DNA from: Thermoanaerobaculia bacterium
Lineage (GTDB): Bacteria > Acidobacteriota > Thermoanaerobaculia > UBA5066
Length of the DNA stretch: 64,000 nt
Reading direction: 5' to 3'
Assembly: GCA_963719225.1 (NCBI GenBank)
Contig: CAVRAY010000001.1
Coordinates: 3,424,001 to 3,488,000, forward strand
Of the stretch, positions 48,279-59,909 are shown in pieces (position 1 is the first letter of the stretch; each line of letters opens with the position of its first letter). The notes below the pieces were generated by a model. It saw only the letters and a list, made by a program, of their open reading frames with translations. It was not told where the DNA came from and did not search any database. The position numbers were made by a program, and so were the translations under genes.

Positions 48279-50534
48279 ATGCCGATGTTTCGCCGCAACG
48301 AGCTGAGACCCAGGAAGAAGCGCCCGCTGAGGCTCGTGCAGGAAGAGCCGATCGCGCCGGGATCCGCGACATCGGCCGGTCCCTCGCCCACTCTCCCGCT
48401 GCTGAATCGGGAGCTCTCCTGGCTGGCATTCAACGAGCGCGTGATCGAGGAGGCTTACGACGAGCGCTGGCCGCTCCTGGAACGCCTGAAGTTCCTGGCG
48501 ATCAGCCAGACGAACCTCGACGAATTCTTCATGATCCGCGTCTCGGGCCTCCTCGACCAGCTCTCCTCGGAGATCGTCGAGCCCACGGACGACGGCCTGC
48601 CGACGACCGATGCGCTCGCGCGCGTGCGGGTCGCGGTCCAGGGGATGCAAGGGAGGCAGATCTCCTGCCTCGTGAACGATCTCCTGCCGAAGCTCGCGGC
48701 CGAGGGCATCTCGGTCCTCACGTGGGCCGACCTCTCCGAGACGCAGCACGAGGCGGCGAGCGTGCACTTCCGTCGCAACGTGCTCCCGGTCCTCACGCCT
48801 CTCGCGGTGGATCCCGGCCATCCGTTCCCGTTCCTCTCGAACCTCTCGCTGAACCTCGCGGTCGAGGTGAAGAACACGGAGACGAGCGAGACGAAATTCG
48901 CGCGCGTCAAGGTGCCGCAGGCCATGCCGCGCCTCCTCCCCCTTCGCGAGCTCCTCGAGGGCAAGAAGAAGATCAAGCCGGAGAAGGCCGAGTACCTTCT
49001 TCTCGAGTCGCTCATCCAGGCGAATCTCGGAGAGCTCTTCCCGGGGCTCGAAATCGTCTCCTCGCACCTCTTTCGGGTCACGCGCGACGCGGACATCGAG
49101 ATCCAGGAGGACGAGGCTTCCGACCTCCTCGCGACGATCGAGCAGGAAGTGAGACGCCGCCGCTTCGGCGCGGTCGTGCGCCTCGAGGTCGCCCCGAAGA
49201 CGCCCAAGCGCGTGCGCAAGCTCCTCCAGAAGCAGCTGGAGATCTCCGAGAACGAGGTCTACGAGGTGGACGGGCCGCTCGGCGCGGGCGACCTCATGTC
49301 CCTCACACGCCTCGACCGGCGCGAGCTGAAGGATCCGCCCTTTTCTCCGGCCGTGCCCGCCGTCTTCAACCAGCCCGACCAGTCGGTCTTCTCGGCCATC
49401 CGCGCGGGCGACATCCTGCTGCACCACCCGTACGACTCTTTCTCGCCCGTCGCCGAGATGATCGAGCGCGCGTCCACCGACTCGAAGACGGTGGCCATCA
49501 AGATGACCCTGTACCGGACGAACGCGGACTCGGCGATCCTCCCCGCGCTCATCCGCGCGGCCGAGAACGGCAAGCAGGTTGCCGTCCTCGTGGAGCTGAA
49601 GGCGCGCTTCGACGAGGAAAAGAACATCGAGTGGGCGAAGTCGCTCGAGCAGGCGGGCGTCCACGTGGTCTACGGCGTCGTCGGCCTCAAGACCCACTGC
49701 AAGATCGCGCTCGTCGTCCGGCGCGAGAAGGACGAGATCCGCCGCTACGTGCACCTCGGCACGGGCAACTACAACGAGACGACCGCGCGGATCTACACGG
49801 ACTTCGGTCTCATGACCTGCCGTCCCGAGTTCGGAGAGGACGCGACGCGCCTCTTCAACGCGCTGACGGGCTTCGCGGGCCGGACCAGCTACGCGCGTCT
49901 CGTGACGGCCCCGAAGGACATGCACCGGTCCGTCCTCGAGTGGATCGCGAAAGAGACGGCGCACGCCCGCGCGGGCCGCCCCGCGGGCATCAAGGCGAAG
50001 ATGAACGCGCTCGTCGATCCGCCCGTCATCGCGGCGCTCTACGAGGCCTCGCAGGCCGGCGTGAGCATCGATCTCCTCGTCCGCGGCATCTGCTGCCTGA
50101 AGCCCGGCGTTCCTGGCGTCTCGGAGACGATCCGCGTGCGCTCCATCGTCGGGAGGTTCCTCGAGCACAGCCGCGCGTTCGTCTTCGAGAACGGCGGCGA
50201 CCGGAAGGTCTGGCTCTCCTCGGCCGACTGGATGCCGCGCAATTTCTTCCGCAGGGTCGAGACGGCCTTCCCCGTCGAGGAGCCCGCTCTCGCGCAGCAG
50301 GTCGTCGACGCGCTCGACACGATGCTGAAGGACAACGTGCGCGCGCGCCGCCTCAACGAGGACGGAACGTACGAACGCCTCAAGCCCGCCGCGGACGAGA
50401 CACCCCTCGACTCGCAGGCCGCGTTCGTCGAGGACGCGCGCCGCCGCGTCCTCAAGGCCGTCGAAGCGTTCGAGCGGCGCGGCGCCGAGGCGTTCGAGAA
50501 GTCCGAAGAGACCGTCCCGGCGGAAACCGAGTAG
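48279..50534 (+). CDS. ppk1: Polyphosphate kinase 1
   Basis: NRELSWLAFNERV, NLDEFFMIRV, HPFP, LHHPYDSF, ELKARFDE, LKTHCK, GTGNYN, GRFLEHSR, SADWM.RN. Confidence 0.97.
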   Translation: MPMFRRNELRPRKKRPLRLVQEEPIAPGSATSAGPSPTLPLLNRELSWLAFNERVIEEAYDERWPLLERLKFLAISQTNLDEFFMIRVSGLLDQLSSEIVEPTDDGLPTTDALARVRVAVQGMQGRQISCLVNDLLPKLAAEGISVLTWADLSETQHEAASVHFRRNVLPVLTPLAVDPGHPFPFLSNLSLNLAVEVKNTETSETKFARVKVPQAMPRLLPLRELLEGKKKIKPEKAEYLLLESLIQANLGELFPGLEIVSSHLFRVTRDADIEIQEDEASDLLATIEQEVRRRRFGAVVRLEVAPKTPKRVRKLLQKQLEISENEVYEVDGPLGAGDLMSLTRLDRRELKDPPFSPAVPAVFNQPDQSVFSAIRAGDILLHHPYDSFSPVAEMIERASTDSKTVAIKMTLYRTNADSAILPALIRAAENGKQVAVLVELKARFDEEKNIEWAKSLEQAGVHVVYGVVGLKTHCKIALVVRREKDEIRRYVHLGTGNYNETTARIYTDFGLMTCRPEFGEDATRLFNALTGFAGRTSYARLVTAPKDMHRSVLEWIAKETAHARAGRPAGIKAKMNALVDPPVIAALYEASQAGVSIDLLVRGICCLKPGVPGVSETIRVRSIVGRFLEHSRAFVFENGGDRKVWLSSADWMPRNFFRRVETAFPVEEPALAQQVVDALDTMLKDNVRARRLNEDGTYERLKPAADETPLDSQAAFVEDARRRVLKAVEAFERRGAEAFEKSEETVPAETE

Positions 50535-50539
50535 AGCGC

Positions 50540-50755
50540 CTAGCGCTCGACCTCGAAGCTGGGCGCGGGGCTGAGGACGGGCTCCTGCGCGGTCAGCGTG
50601 GTTCCCGTGATCGGCACCAGGATCAGGTGCGTGTTCGAGCCGTAGTTCAGGTTGATCTCGTAGAAGCCGTTGGCCGAGACGGAGATGAGCGTCCCCGGCA
50701 CCTGCTTGAGCTCCGCCATCGGACAGGTCACGTAGACCTTCATCGGAATGTCCAT
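50540..50755 (-). CDS. Hypothetical small protein (71 aa)
   Basis: AGGAGG RBS; MDIPMKVYVTC...SFEVER with GC3-biased codons. Confidence 0.7.
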   Translation of the reverse strand: MDIPMKVYVTCPMAELKQVPGTLISVSANGFYEINLNYGSNTHLILVPITGTTLTAQEPVLSPAPSFEVER

Positions 50756-50793
50756 CGGACCTCCTGTCCCGTGAAGGATAACCTCGGGGGCGC

Positions 50794-54455
<3,662 letters not shown>

Positions 54456-54519
54456 CTAGGGTGTGAGAGCCCGCGCGCCGGCCCCGGGGAAAGCGTCTCC
54501 CCTGCTAGCATCCGCGCTC

Positions 54520-56541
54520 GTGACGACCCTCGGCCCGCGGAAGGGTTCACTCGCCTCCGCTCTCCTCGCCGCGGTCGCGGGAATCGTTCCAGCCTTAGCC
54601 GAAGCGGGGCCACGTGTCCCTCCGGTCGCTTCGTACACGATCGAGGCACAGGTGAAGGCCGACCACGGCATCACCGGGCGGGAGACGGTGCGCTTCACGA
54701 ATCGCACCCGGTTCTCGTTCGAGGATCTCCGCCTTCACCTCTACCTGAATGCCTGGAAGAACAACCGCTCTACGTGGCTCACCGAGCAGGCGCGCGGCGG
54801 CGGCAGGAACGACCGCGGAGTGCTGACGCCCGAGGCGAGCCGCTGGGGCTTTACCGAGATCCACCGGATCGCCCTCGAGGACGGCACCGACCTCACGCCG
54901 TCGCTGCAATACCTCTCGCCGGACGACGGGAATCCCGAGGACCGGACTCTCGTCTCGGTCGCGCTGCCGCGGCCCGTGGCGCCCGGCGAGACGCTCGTCT
55001 TTCGCGTGGACTGGGAGGGCCGGTTTCCGCGTGCGGTGGCGCGCACGGGCTGGAAGGACGACTACATCCTCGGCGCCCAGTGGTTTCCGAAGCTGGGTGT
55101 CGCGACCGACACGGGATGGAACGCGCACCAGTTCCACGCCGCGACCGAGTTCTTCGCCGACTTCGGCGACTACGACGTGACGCTCACGCTCCCGAAGGCC
55201 GTCAAGGGCCGCGTCGGCGCGACGGGCGTCTTCAAGGAAGAGGCCGAGATCCCCGGCGACCTCGTGCGTGTGCGCTTTCTGGCCGAGGACGTGCACGACT
55301 TCGCCTTCACGGCCTGCCCGCGCTTCGAGGTCGTGCGGGACACTTTCAGCGCGCCCGGCCTCCCGAACGTCGAGATCGTCCTGCTCCTGCAGCCCGACCA
55401 CCGCCGCGTCCGCGACCGGTATCTCAAGGCCGTCAAGGCCGCTCTCGCGGACTACGGGACGCGGTACGTCCCGTACCCCTACCCGCTCGTCACGGTCGTC
55501 GACCCGCCCTGGGGCAGCCACACGGAAGGCATGGAGTACCCGACCCTGTTCGTGGGCGGCGCGCACTGGCTCGCACCGGCCGCCGCGCATTCCCCCGAAG
55601 GTGTCACGATTCACGAGTTCGGCCACCAGGTGTTCTACGGAGTGCTCGCCTCGAACGAGTTCGAGGAAGCGCACCTCGACGAGGGTTTCAACACCTATGC
55701 GACGCTCCGGACGCACAAGGCCGCTTTCGGCGATCCGTCTCTCGTCGTGCGGTTCTTCGGCGTTCCTGTCGTGTTCCCTTCCGTGCCCCTGCCCCTCCCC
55801 ATGGCATTCAACGAGCGCTTCCACCGCTGGACGCAGGCCTCGCGGTCGGATGCGACGGACGTGCCGACCTTCCGCCAGCTCGACGGCAACGCCGTGCGCG
55901 TGAACGCTTACAACCGCACGGCTCTCCTCCTCGCCTCCGCCGAGCGCACCTTCGGCGAGAAGACGTGGGCGAAGGTCATGAAGACGTACGCGACGCGCTG
56001 GGCCTTCAAGCACCCCACCTCGGCGGACTTCCTCGCCGTCGTCGGCGAGGTCGCGGGCGAGGCGGCGACCCGAGCGATCGCGGAGATCTGGAAGACGCCG
56101 GGATCCGTGGACTACGCCGTGACGTCGGCCTCGGCGCATCGCGTGCGACCTCCGGCGGGATACACGGGTGAAGGCGAAGCGCGCACGCTCGCGATTCCCC
56201 GAGAAGGCGCGGGAAGCTGGGAGTCGACGGCCGTCGTCCAACGGCTCGGCGAGGCATCGTGGCCGGTCGAGGTGGAGCTGCGCTTCGCGGATGGAACGCG
56301 GGTCCGCCGCCCGTGGATCGGCGACGAGCGCTGGATCCGCTACCGCGCGACGGGTCCGAAGCTCCTCTCGGTGGAGGTCGATCCGGACGGCAAGTGCCTT
56401 CTCGACTCGAACCCTCTCAACAACGGACGTCGCACGGAGGAAGCGCCCGCAGCGTCGCGCCGCTGGAGCGCCCGCCTGCGCTTCTGGGCGCAGAACGTCC
56501 TCGAGCTCTTCGCCCTGCTCGGCTTCGCGGGGGCCGTATGA
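54520..56541 (+). CDS. Secreted M1 family metallopeptidase
   Basis: GMEYP, HEFGHQ.F and downstream LDEGF; TAGCAT 8 nt before GTG at 54520. Confidence 0.9.
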   Translation: MTTLGPRKGSLASALLAAVAGIVPALAEAGPRVPPVASYTIEAQVKADHGITGRETVRFTNRTRFSFEDLRLHLYLNAWKNNRSTWLTEQARGGGRNDRGVLTPEASRWGFTEIHRIALEDGTDLTPSLQYLSPDDGNPEDRTLVSVALPRPVAPGETLVFRVDWEGRFPRAVARTGWKDDYILGAQWFPKLGVATDTGWNAHQFHAATEFFADFGDYDVTLTLPKAVKGRVGATGVFKEEAEIPGDLVRVRFLAEDVHDFAFTACPRFEVVRDTFSAPGLPNVEIVLLLQPDHRRVRDRYLKAVKAALADYGTRYVPYPYPLVTVVDPPWGSHTEGMEYPTLFVGGAHWLAPAAAHSPEGVTIHEFGHQVFYGVLASNEFEEAHLDEGFNTYATLRTHKAAFGDPSLVVRFFGVPVVFPSVPLPLPMAFNERFHRWTQASRSDATDVPTFRQLDGNAVRVNAYNRTALLLASAERTFGEKTWAKVMKTYATRWAFKHPTSADFLAVVGEVAGEAATRAIAEIWKTPGSVDYAVTSASAHRVRPPAGYTGEGEARTLAIPREGAGSWESTAVVQRLGEASWPVEVELRFADGTRVRRPWIGDERWIRYRATGPKLLSVEVDPDGKCLLDSNPLNNGRRTEEAPAASRRWSARLRFWAQNVLELFALLGFAGAV

Positions 56542-57584
56542 CGCGCGATTCCGTCCCCGTCCTCGCGATGCGAGGCCTCGTCTCGGCCCTCGAGACGTGG
56601 AAAGCGCTCCTCCTTTTCCTCGTCCTGAACGCGGCGCTCGCGTTCGCCTTCACGCATCCTCTGGCGTCCGCGCTCCGGCAAACGCTCGACAAGAGCCCGT
56701 GGGCCGAACGCCTCGCGGCGGGCAACGCCGACCTCCACACGTTCTTCACCTCTTTTGCCCGCACGCGCCCCGACGTTCTCGGCGATCTTTCGAAATGGGA
56801 AGAGGCCGTGACGGGAGAGCGCCAGGAGAGGAGGCCTTCGGGACGGCCGGCGCCCCTCGCGGGTTTCTTCGAGACGTCCGGGCTCTCGGCCTCGGCCGTC
56901 GGGTTCGGGGTGCTGACGGCTCTTCTCGCGGCCCTCTTCTCGGGCGGATTTGCCGGTCGCTTCGGCTCCGAGCGCGAGCGCGCGAGCTTCTCCGCGTTCG
57001 GCGCGGACGTCGCGCGTTTCGCGGTTCCGTCGCTGCTGCTGGGGGCGGTCTCTCTCGGGGGGATCGTCGCCGCGTACCGCTTCCTCTTCGCGGCCACGGG
57101 CACTCTCTACGAACCCGACGAGCTCCGTTACGAGTGGGAGGCCGTCGGGCTCCTCCTTCTGCGGCTCGGGCTCTTCCTCCTCGTGGCGGGATACATCCGG
57201 CTCGTCGTCCTCTACGCGCGCGCGGCACTGGGACAAGGCACGCCGAATCCGATGAACGCGCTCATGCGCGGCCTCGGCTTCGTCCTCGGGAGGCCCGCGC
57301 GCACGCTCGCGCTGGAGATCGTCTTCGGCGGCCTCGGTCTCCTGCCCCTCCTCGCCTGGCTGTTCCTCGGCCCCGTCTGGGACGGCAAGCAGGTTGGCGA
57401 CTTCGCCCTGATCCTCGCCGGCCAGCAGGTCGTCGTCCTGCTGAGGATCCTGACGCGCGCCGGGCACCTGGGCGCGGCTTCTTCCTATCTCAGACGCTCG
57501 AACGAAGCGGACGCTTCGTCCCCGGCGCCCGCCGTCCGGGGTTCCGGCACGTCGCCGGAGCCCGCCTCCGCGCCCGTCCTGTGA
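56538..57584 (+). CDS. Hypothetical multi-pass membrane protein
   Basis: ATGA overlap with the M1 peptidase gene; about 6 hydrophobic helices. Confidence 0.75.
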   Translation: MTRDSVPVLAMRGLVSALETWKALLLFLVLNAALAFAFTHPLASALRQTLDKSPWAERLAAGNADLHTFFTSFARTRPDVLGDLSKWEEAVTGERQERRPSGRPAPLAGFFETSGLSASAVGFGVLTALLAALFSGGFAGRFGSERERASFSAFGADVARFAVPSLLLGAVSLGGIVAAYRFLFAATGTLYEPDELRYEWEAVGLLLLRLGLFLLVAGYIRLVVLYARAALGQGTPNPMNALMRGLGFVLGRPARTLALEIVFGGLGLLPLLAWLFLGPVWDGKQVGDFALILAGQQVVVLLRILTRAGHLGAASSYLRRSNEADASSPAPAVRGSGTSPEPASAPVL

Positions 57585-58180
57585 ACGCGATCCGCCTGAG
57601 GTCCAAGACTCCCGAGTCGTGGGCGGCGCGCGTGACGGCCGTGGAGAACCTGCCCGCCTTCGTCGCGGACCACGCGGTCTGCGAGCTTCAGGCTTCGGTG
57701 CAGGCGCTCTCCCTCGTCGGCACGTACCCGCGGAACGCGGCGCTCGTCGACCGCCTCTCGGCGCTCGCGGCCGAAGAGCTGCGCCACTTCCGCAAGGTTT
57801 CGCGCGAAGCGCGCCGCCTGGGGGCGCCGATGCTCACGACGAGGCGCAATTTCTACGTGGCTGAGCTCCGCGCCGCGTGCCGCAGGGAACGCGAGCCCGA
57901 AAAGGGCCTCGACCTCCTGCTCGTCGCCGCGCTCATCGAGGCGCGCAGCCAGGAGAGGTTCGAGCGCCTTCTCGGGCAGTTGAAGGACGCGCGCCTCGCG
58001 CGGCTCTACGCGGAGCTCGCCGAGGCCGAGGCCCGGCACGGCCCGATCTATCTCGACCTCGCGATCGCCCATGCGGGGGAAGAGCCCGCGAAGAGCCGGC
58101 TCGAGGAGCTCCTCGACGTCGAGGCGCGTGTCCTCCTGCATCCGCCGAAGGTCGAGATCGCGGTCCACGGGGCGGCGTAG
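57581..58180 (+). CDS. miaE: MiaE-like ferritin-fold di-iron protein (tRNA ms2i6A hydroxylase family)
   Basis: DHAVCE, EELRHF, ALIEARS.ERF, Y.EL..AEARH, terminal VHG. Confidence 0.8.
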   Translation: MNAIRLRSKTPESWAARVTAVENLPAFVADHAVCELQASVQALSLVGTYPRNAALVDRLSALAAEELRHFRKVSREARRLGAPMLTTRRNFYVAELRAACRREREPEKGLDLLLVAALIEARSQERFERLLGQLKDARLARLYAELAEAEARHGPIYLDLAIAHAGEEPAKSRLEELLDVEARVLLHPPKVEIAVHGAA

Positions 58181-58183
58181 GGA

Positions 58184-58519
58184 ATGTTCCTTCGCCTGCT
58201 TCCGGCGGCTCTCTCCTTCCTCGTCCTGGGCGCGCACTTCCTGCGCGCGGGACATCTTGCGCTCGTCGCCACGGCCCTGGCGGCCATCGCGCTTCTCTTC
58301 GTGCGACGGGCGTGGGCGGCGCGGATCGTTCAAGTCGCTCTCGGCCTCGGAGTCCTCGAATGGCTGCGCACGCTCGCGCTCCTCGCCGGAGAGCGCCGCG
58401 CCCTAGGTGCGCCGTACCTGCGCATGACGCTGATCCTCGCGGGCGTCGCGCTCGCGACGGCCCTCTCCCTCCTCGCGTTCCGCTCGCGCGCCGTGAAGAA
58501 GCACTTCCGGCTCCTCTGA
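58184..58519 (+). CDS. Hypothetical membrane protein
   Basis: LGAHFLRAG, EWLRT, PYLRMTLILAGV; 3-4 TM helices. Confidence 0.75.
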   Translation: MFLRLLPAALSFLVLGAHFLRAGHLALVATALAAIALLFVRRAWAARIVQVALGLGVLEWLRTLALLAGERRALGAPYLRMTLILAGVALATALSLLAFRSRAVKKHFRLL

Positions 58520-58528
58520 GAGAACGGC

Positions 58529-58699
58529 TCAGCCGAACAGTACGGCCGGCATCGAGAGAGAGCCGAGGTCGAAGCCCGTGATCGGGAAGCGCACCGCGTC
58601 GCCTTCGTCCGCGGCGCCGGCCGCGTAGAGGATCGGCAGCCAGCGCTCCGCCGTCGGGTGCGCCCGGCGGCCGCCGTGGCCGACGAAGAGAACCGGCAT
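58529..58699 (-). pseudogene. Internally deleted 4,5-DOPA extradiol dioxygenase (YgiD/LigB family)
   Basis: MPVLFVGHG joined in frame to GRRAHPTAERWLPILYAAGA...GFDLGSLSMPAVLFG*. Confidence 0.75.
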
Positions 58700-58718
58700 G
58701 CGCTTCAGAAGCGGTCTC

Positions 58719-59861
58719 CTATCGCGCGGCGCCGACGGCGCGCGGCGAGGCTTCTCGGCTCCAGCGCGAGGACGGGAATCCCGAGGAGAGAAGCCGTCCC
58801 TTCAGGGAATACCTCACGATGTACGTGAACGGGTCGATTTCCTTCGAGAGGTAGCCGAACCGCACGTCCCGAAGCAGGACCTCCACCGAGTCGCCCCGCA
58901 CCTCCTCCCGGGCGGCGGGGAACCGTGCGAAGCGGCCGAACACGCCCGCGACGCCGTTCTCGAGCGTCGTGCGCGCCAGCGGACCGTTCGACTTCTCGAT
59001 GACCCGCGGCGCGAGGTCGTCGGGTGAACGGTAAACGCCGGCGAGATTCCGGAAGAGGTTCAGGGCGCCTCCGCGGAATCCCGTGCGCGCGAGCTCCTCG
59101 ATTTCAGCAGGACGGGAGATCTCGCGCCCCCGCTTGCCGAGATCCACGAACGTCGCGGTCACGGTGGATCCGTCGTCGGAGAGAAGGAGCCAACGGTCTG
59201 GCGATCCCGGCTGGGGAATCGCCGCGCGAGCCGACGAAAGGGGCGCGCGCTCCCGGCCGAGACGCAATGCCTCCCCATGCCGGACTCCGCAGAAAAGGAC
59301 ATACGCGGTCGCCGCGACGAGTCCCGCGCGCGCCGCGATTCTCGACCGCGGGAACGAACGTCTCGAGACGGCGCGGACCCCGACGAGGCCGAGCACGAGA
59401 AGCCCGGACAGGACCGCGTCGAGGATGAAAGTCCAGTCCAGCGAAAAGCGCGCCGAAGAGATCGGCGAGAGGAACATCGTGCCCCACGACGTGATCCAGT
59501 CGAGAAGAATGTGCGACACGAGACCGAGCGCGACGACGAGCCCCAGGCGTCTCATCGCCATTCGCCGGCCGGGGGCGCCGGGCGGGCCGAGCGCCGGCGA
59601 GAGGCGGATCGAGGCGAGAAGCGTGAGGACGACGACCCACGCCGGCAGCGTCACGAACGAGTGCGTGAACTCGCGGTGATGCGTGATGTAGAACTCGGCG
59701 GAAAAAGGCGACAGGAAGACGTCGGCATCCGGGAACGTCGCCGCGGCGAAACCCACCCAGGCCTCGCGCCGCGCGAGCGTGCGGTCGAGCGCTTCGTCCC
59801 CCGTGGACGGCACGGCGCGTGCGAGGAGGGCGCCGGCGAGGCCATGGGTGAGGGTATCCAT
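58719..59861 (-). CDS. Membrane-bound metal-dependent hydrolase (YdjM-like)
   Basis: MDTLTHGL, FPDAD, HHREFTHS, SHILLDWITSWGT. Confidence 0.88.
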   Translation of the reverse strand: MDTLTHGLAGALLARAVPSTGDEALDRTLARREAWVGFAAATFPDADVFLSPFSAEFYITHHREFTHSFVTLPAWVVVLTLLASIRLSPALGPPGAPGRRMAMRRLGLVVALGLVSHILLDWITSWGTMFLSPISSARFSLDWTFILDAVLSGLLVLGLVGVRAVSRRSFPRSRIAARAGLVAATAYVLFCGVRHGEALRLGRERAPLSSARAAIPQPGSPDRWLLLSDDGSTVTATFVDLGKRGREISRPAEIEELARTGFRGGALNLFRNLAGVYRSPDDLAPRVIEKSNGPLARTTLENGVAGVFGRFARFPAAREEVRGDSVEVLLRDVRFGYLSKEIDPFTYIVRYSLKGRLLSSGFPSSRWSREASPRAVGAAR

Positions 59862-59909
59862 CCCCGGTAACTTTAACCCCGAAGCCTGGTTGAGCGCCGG
59901 GGAGAGGGA

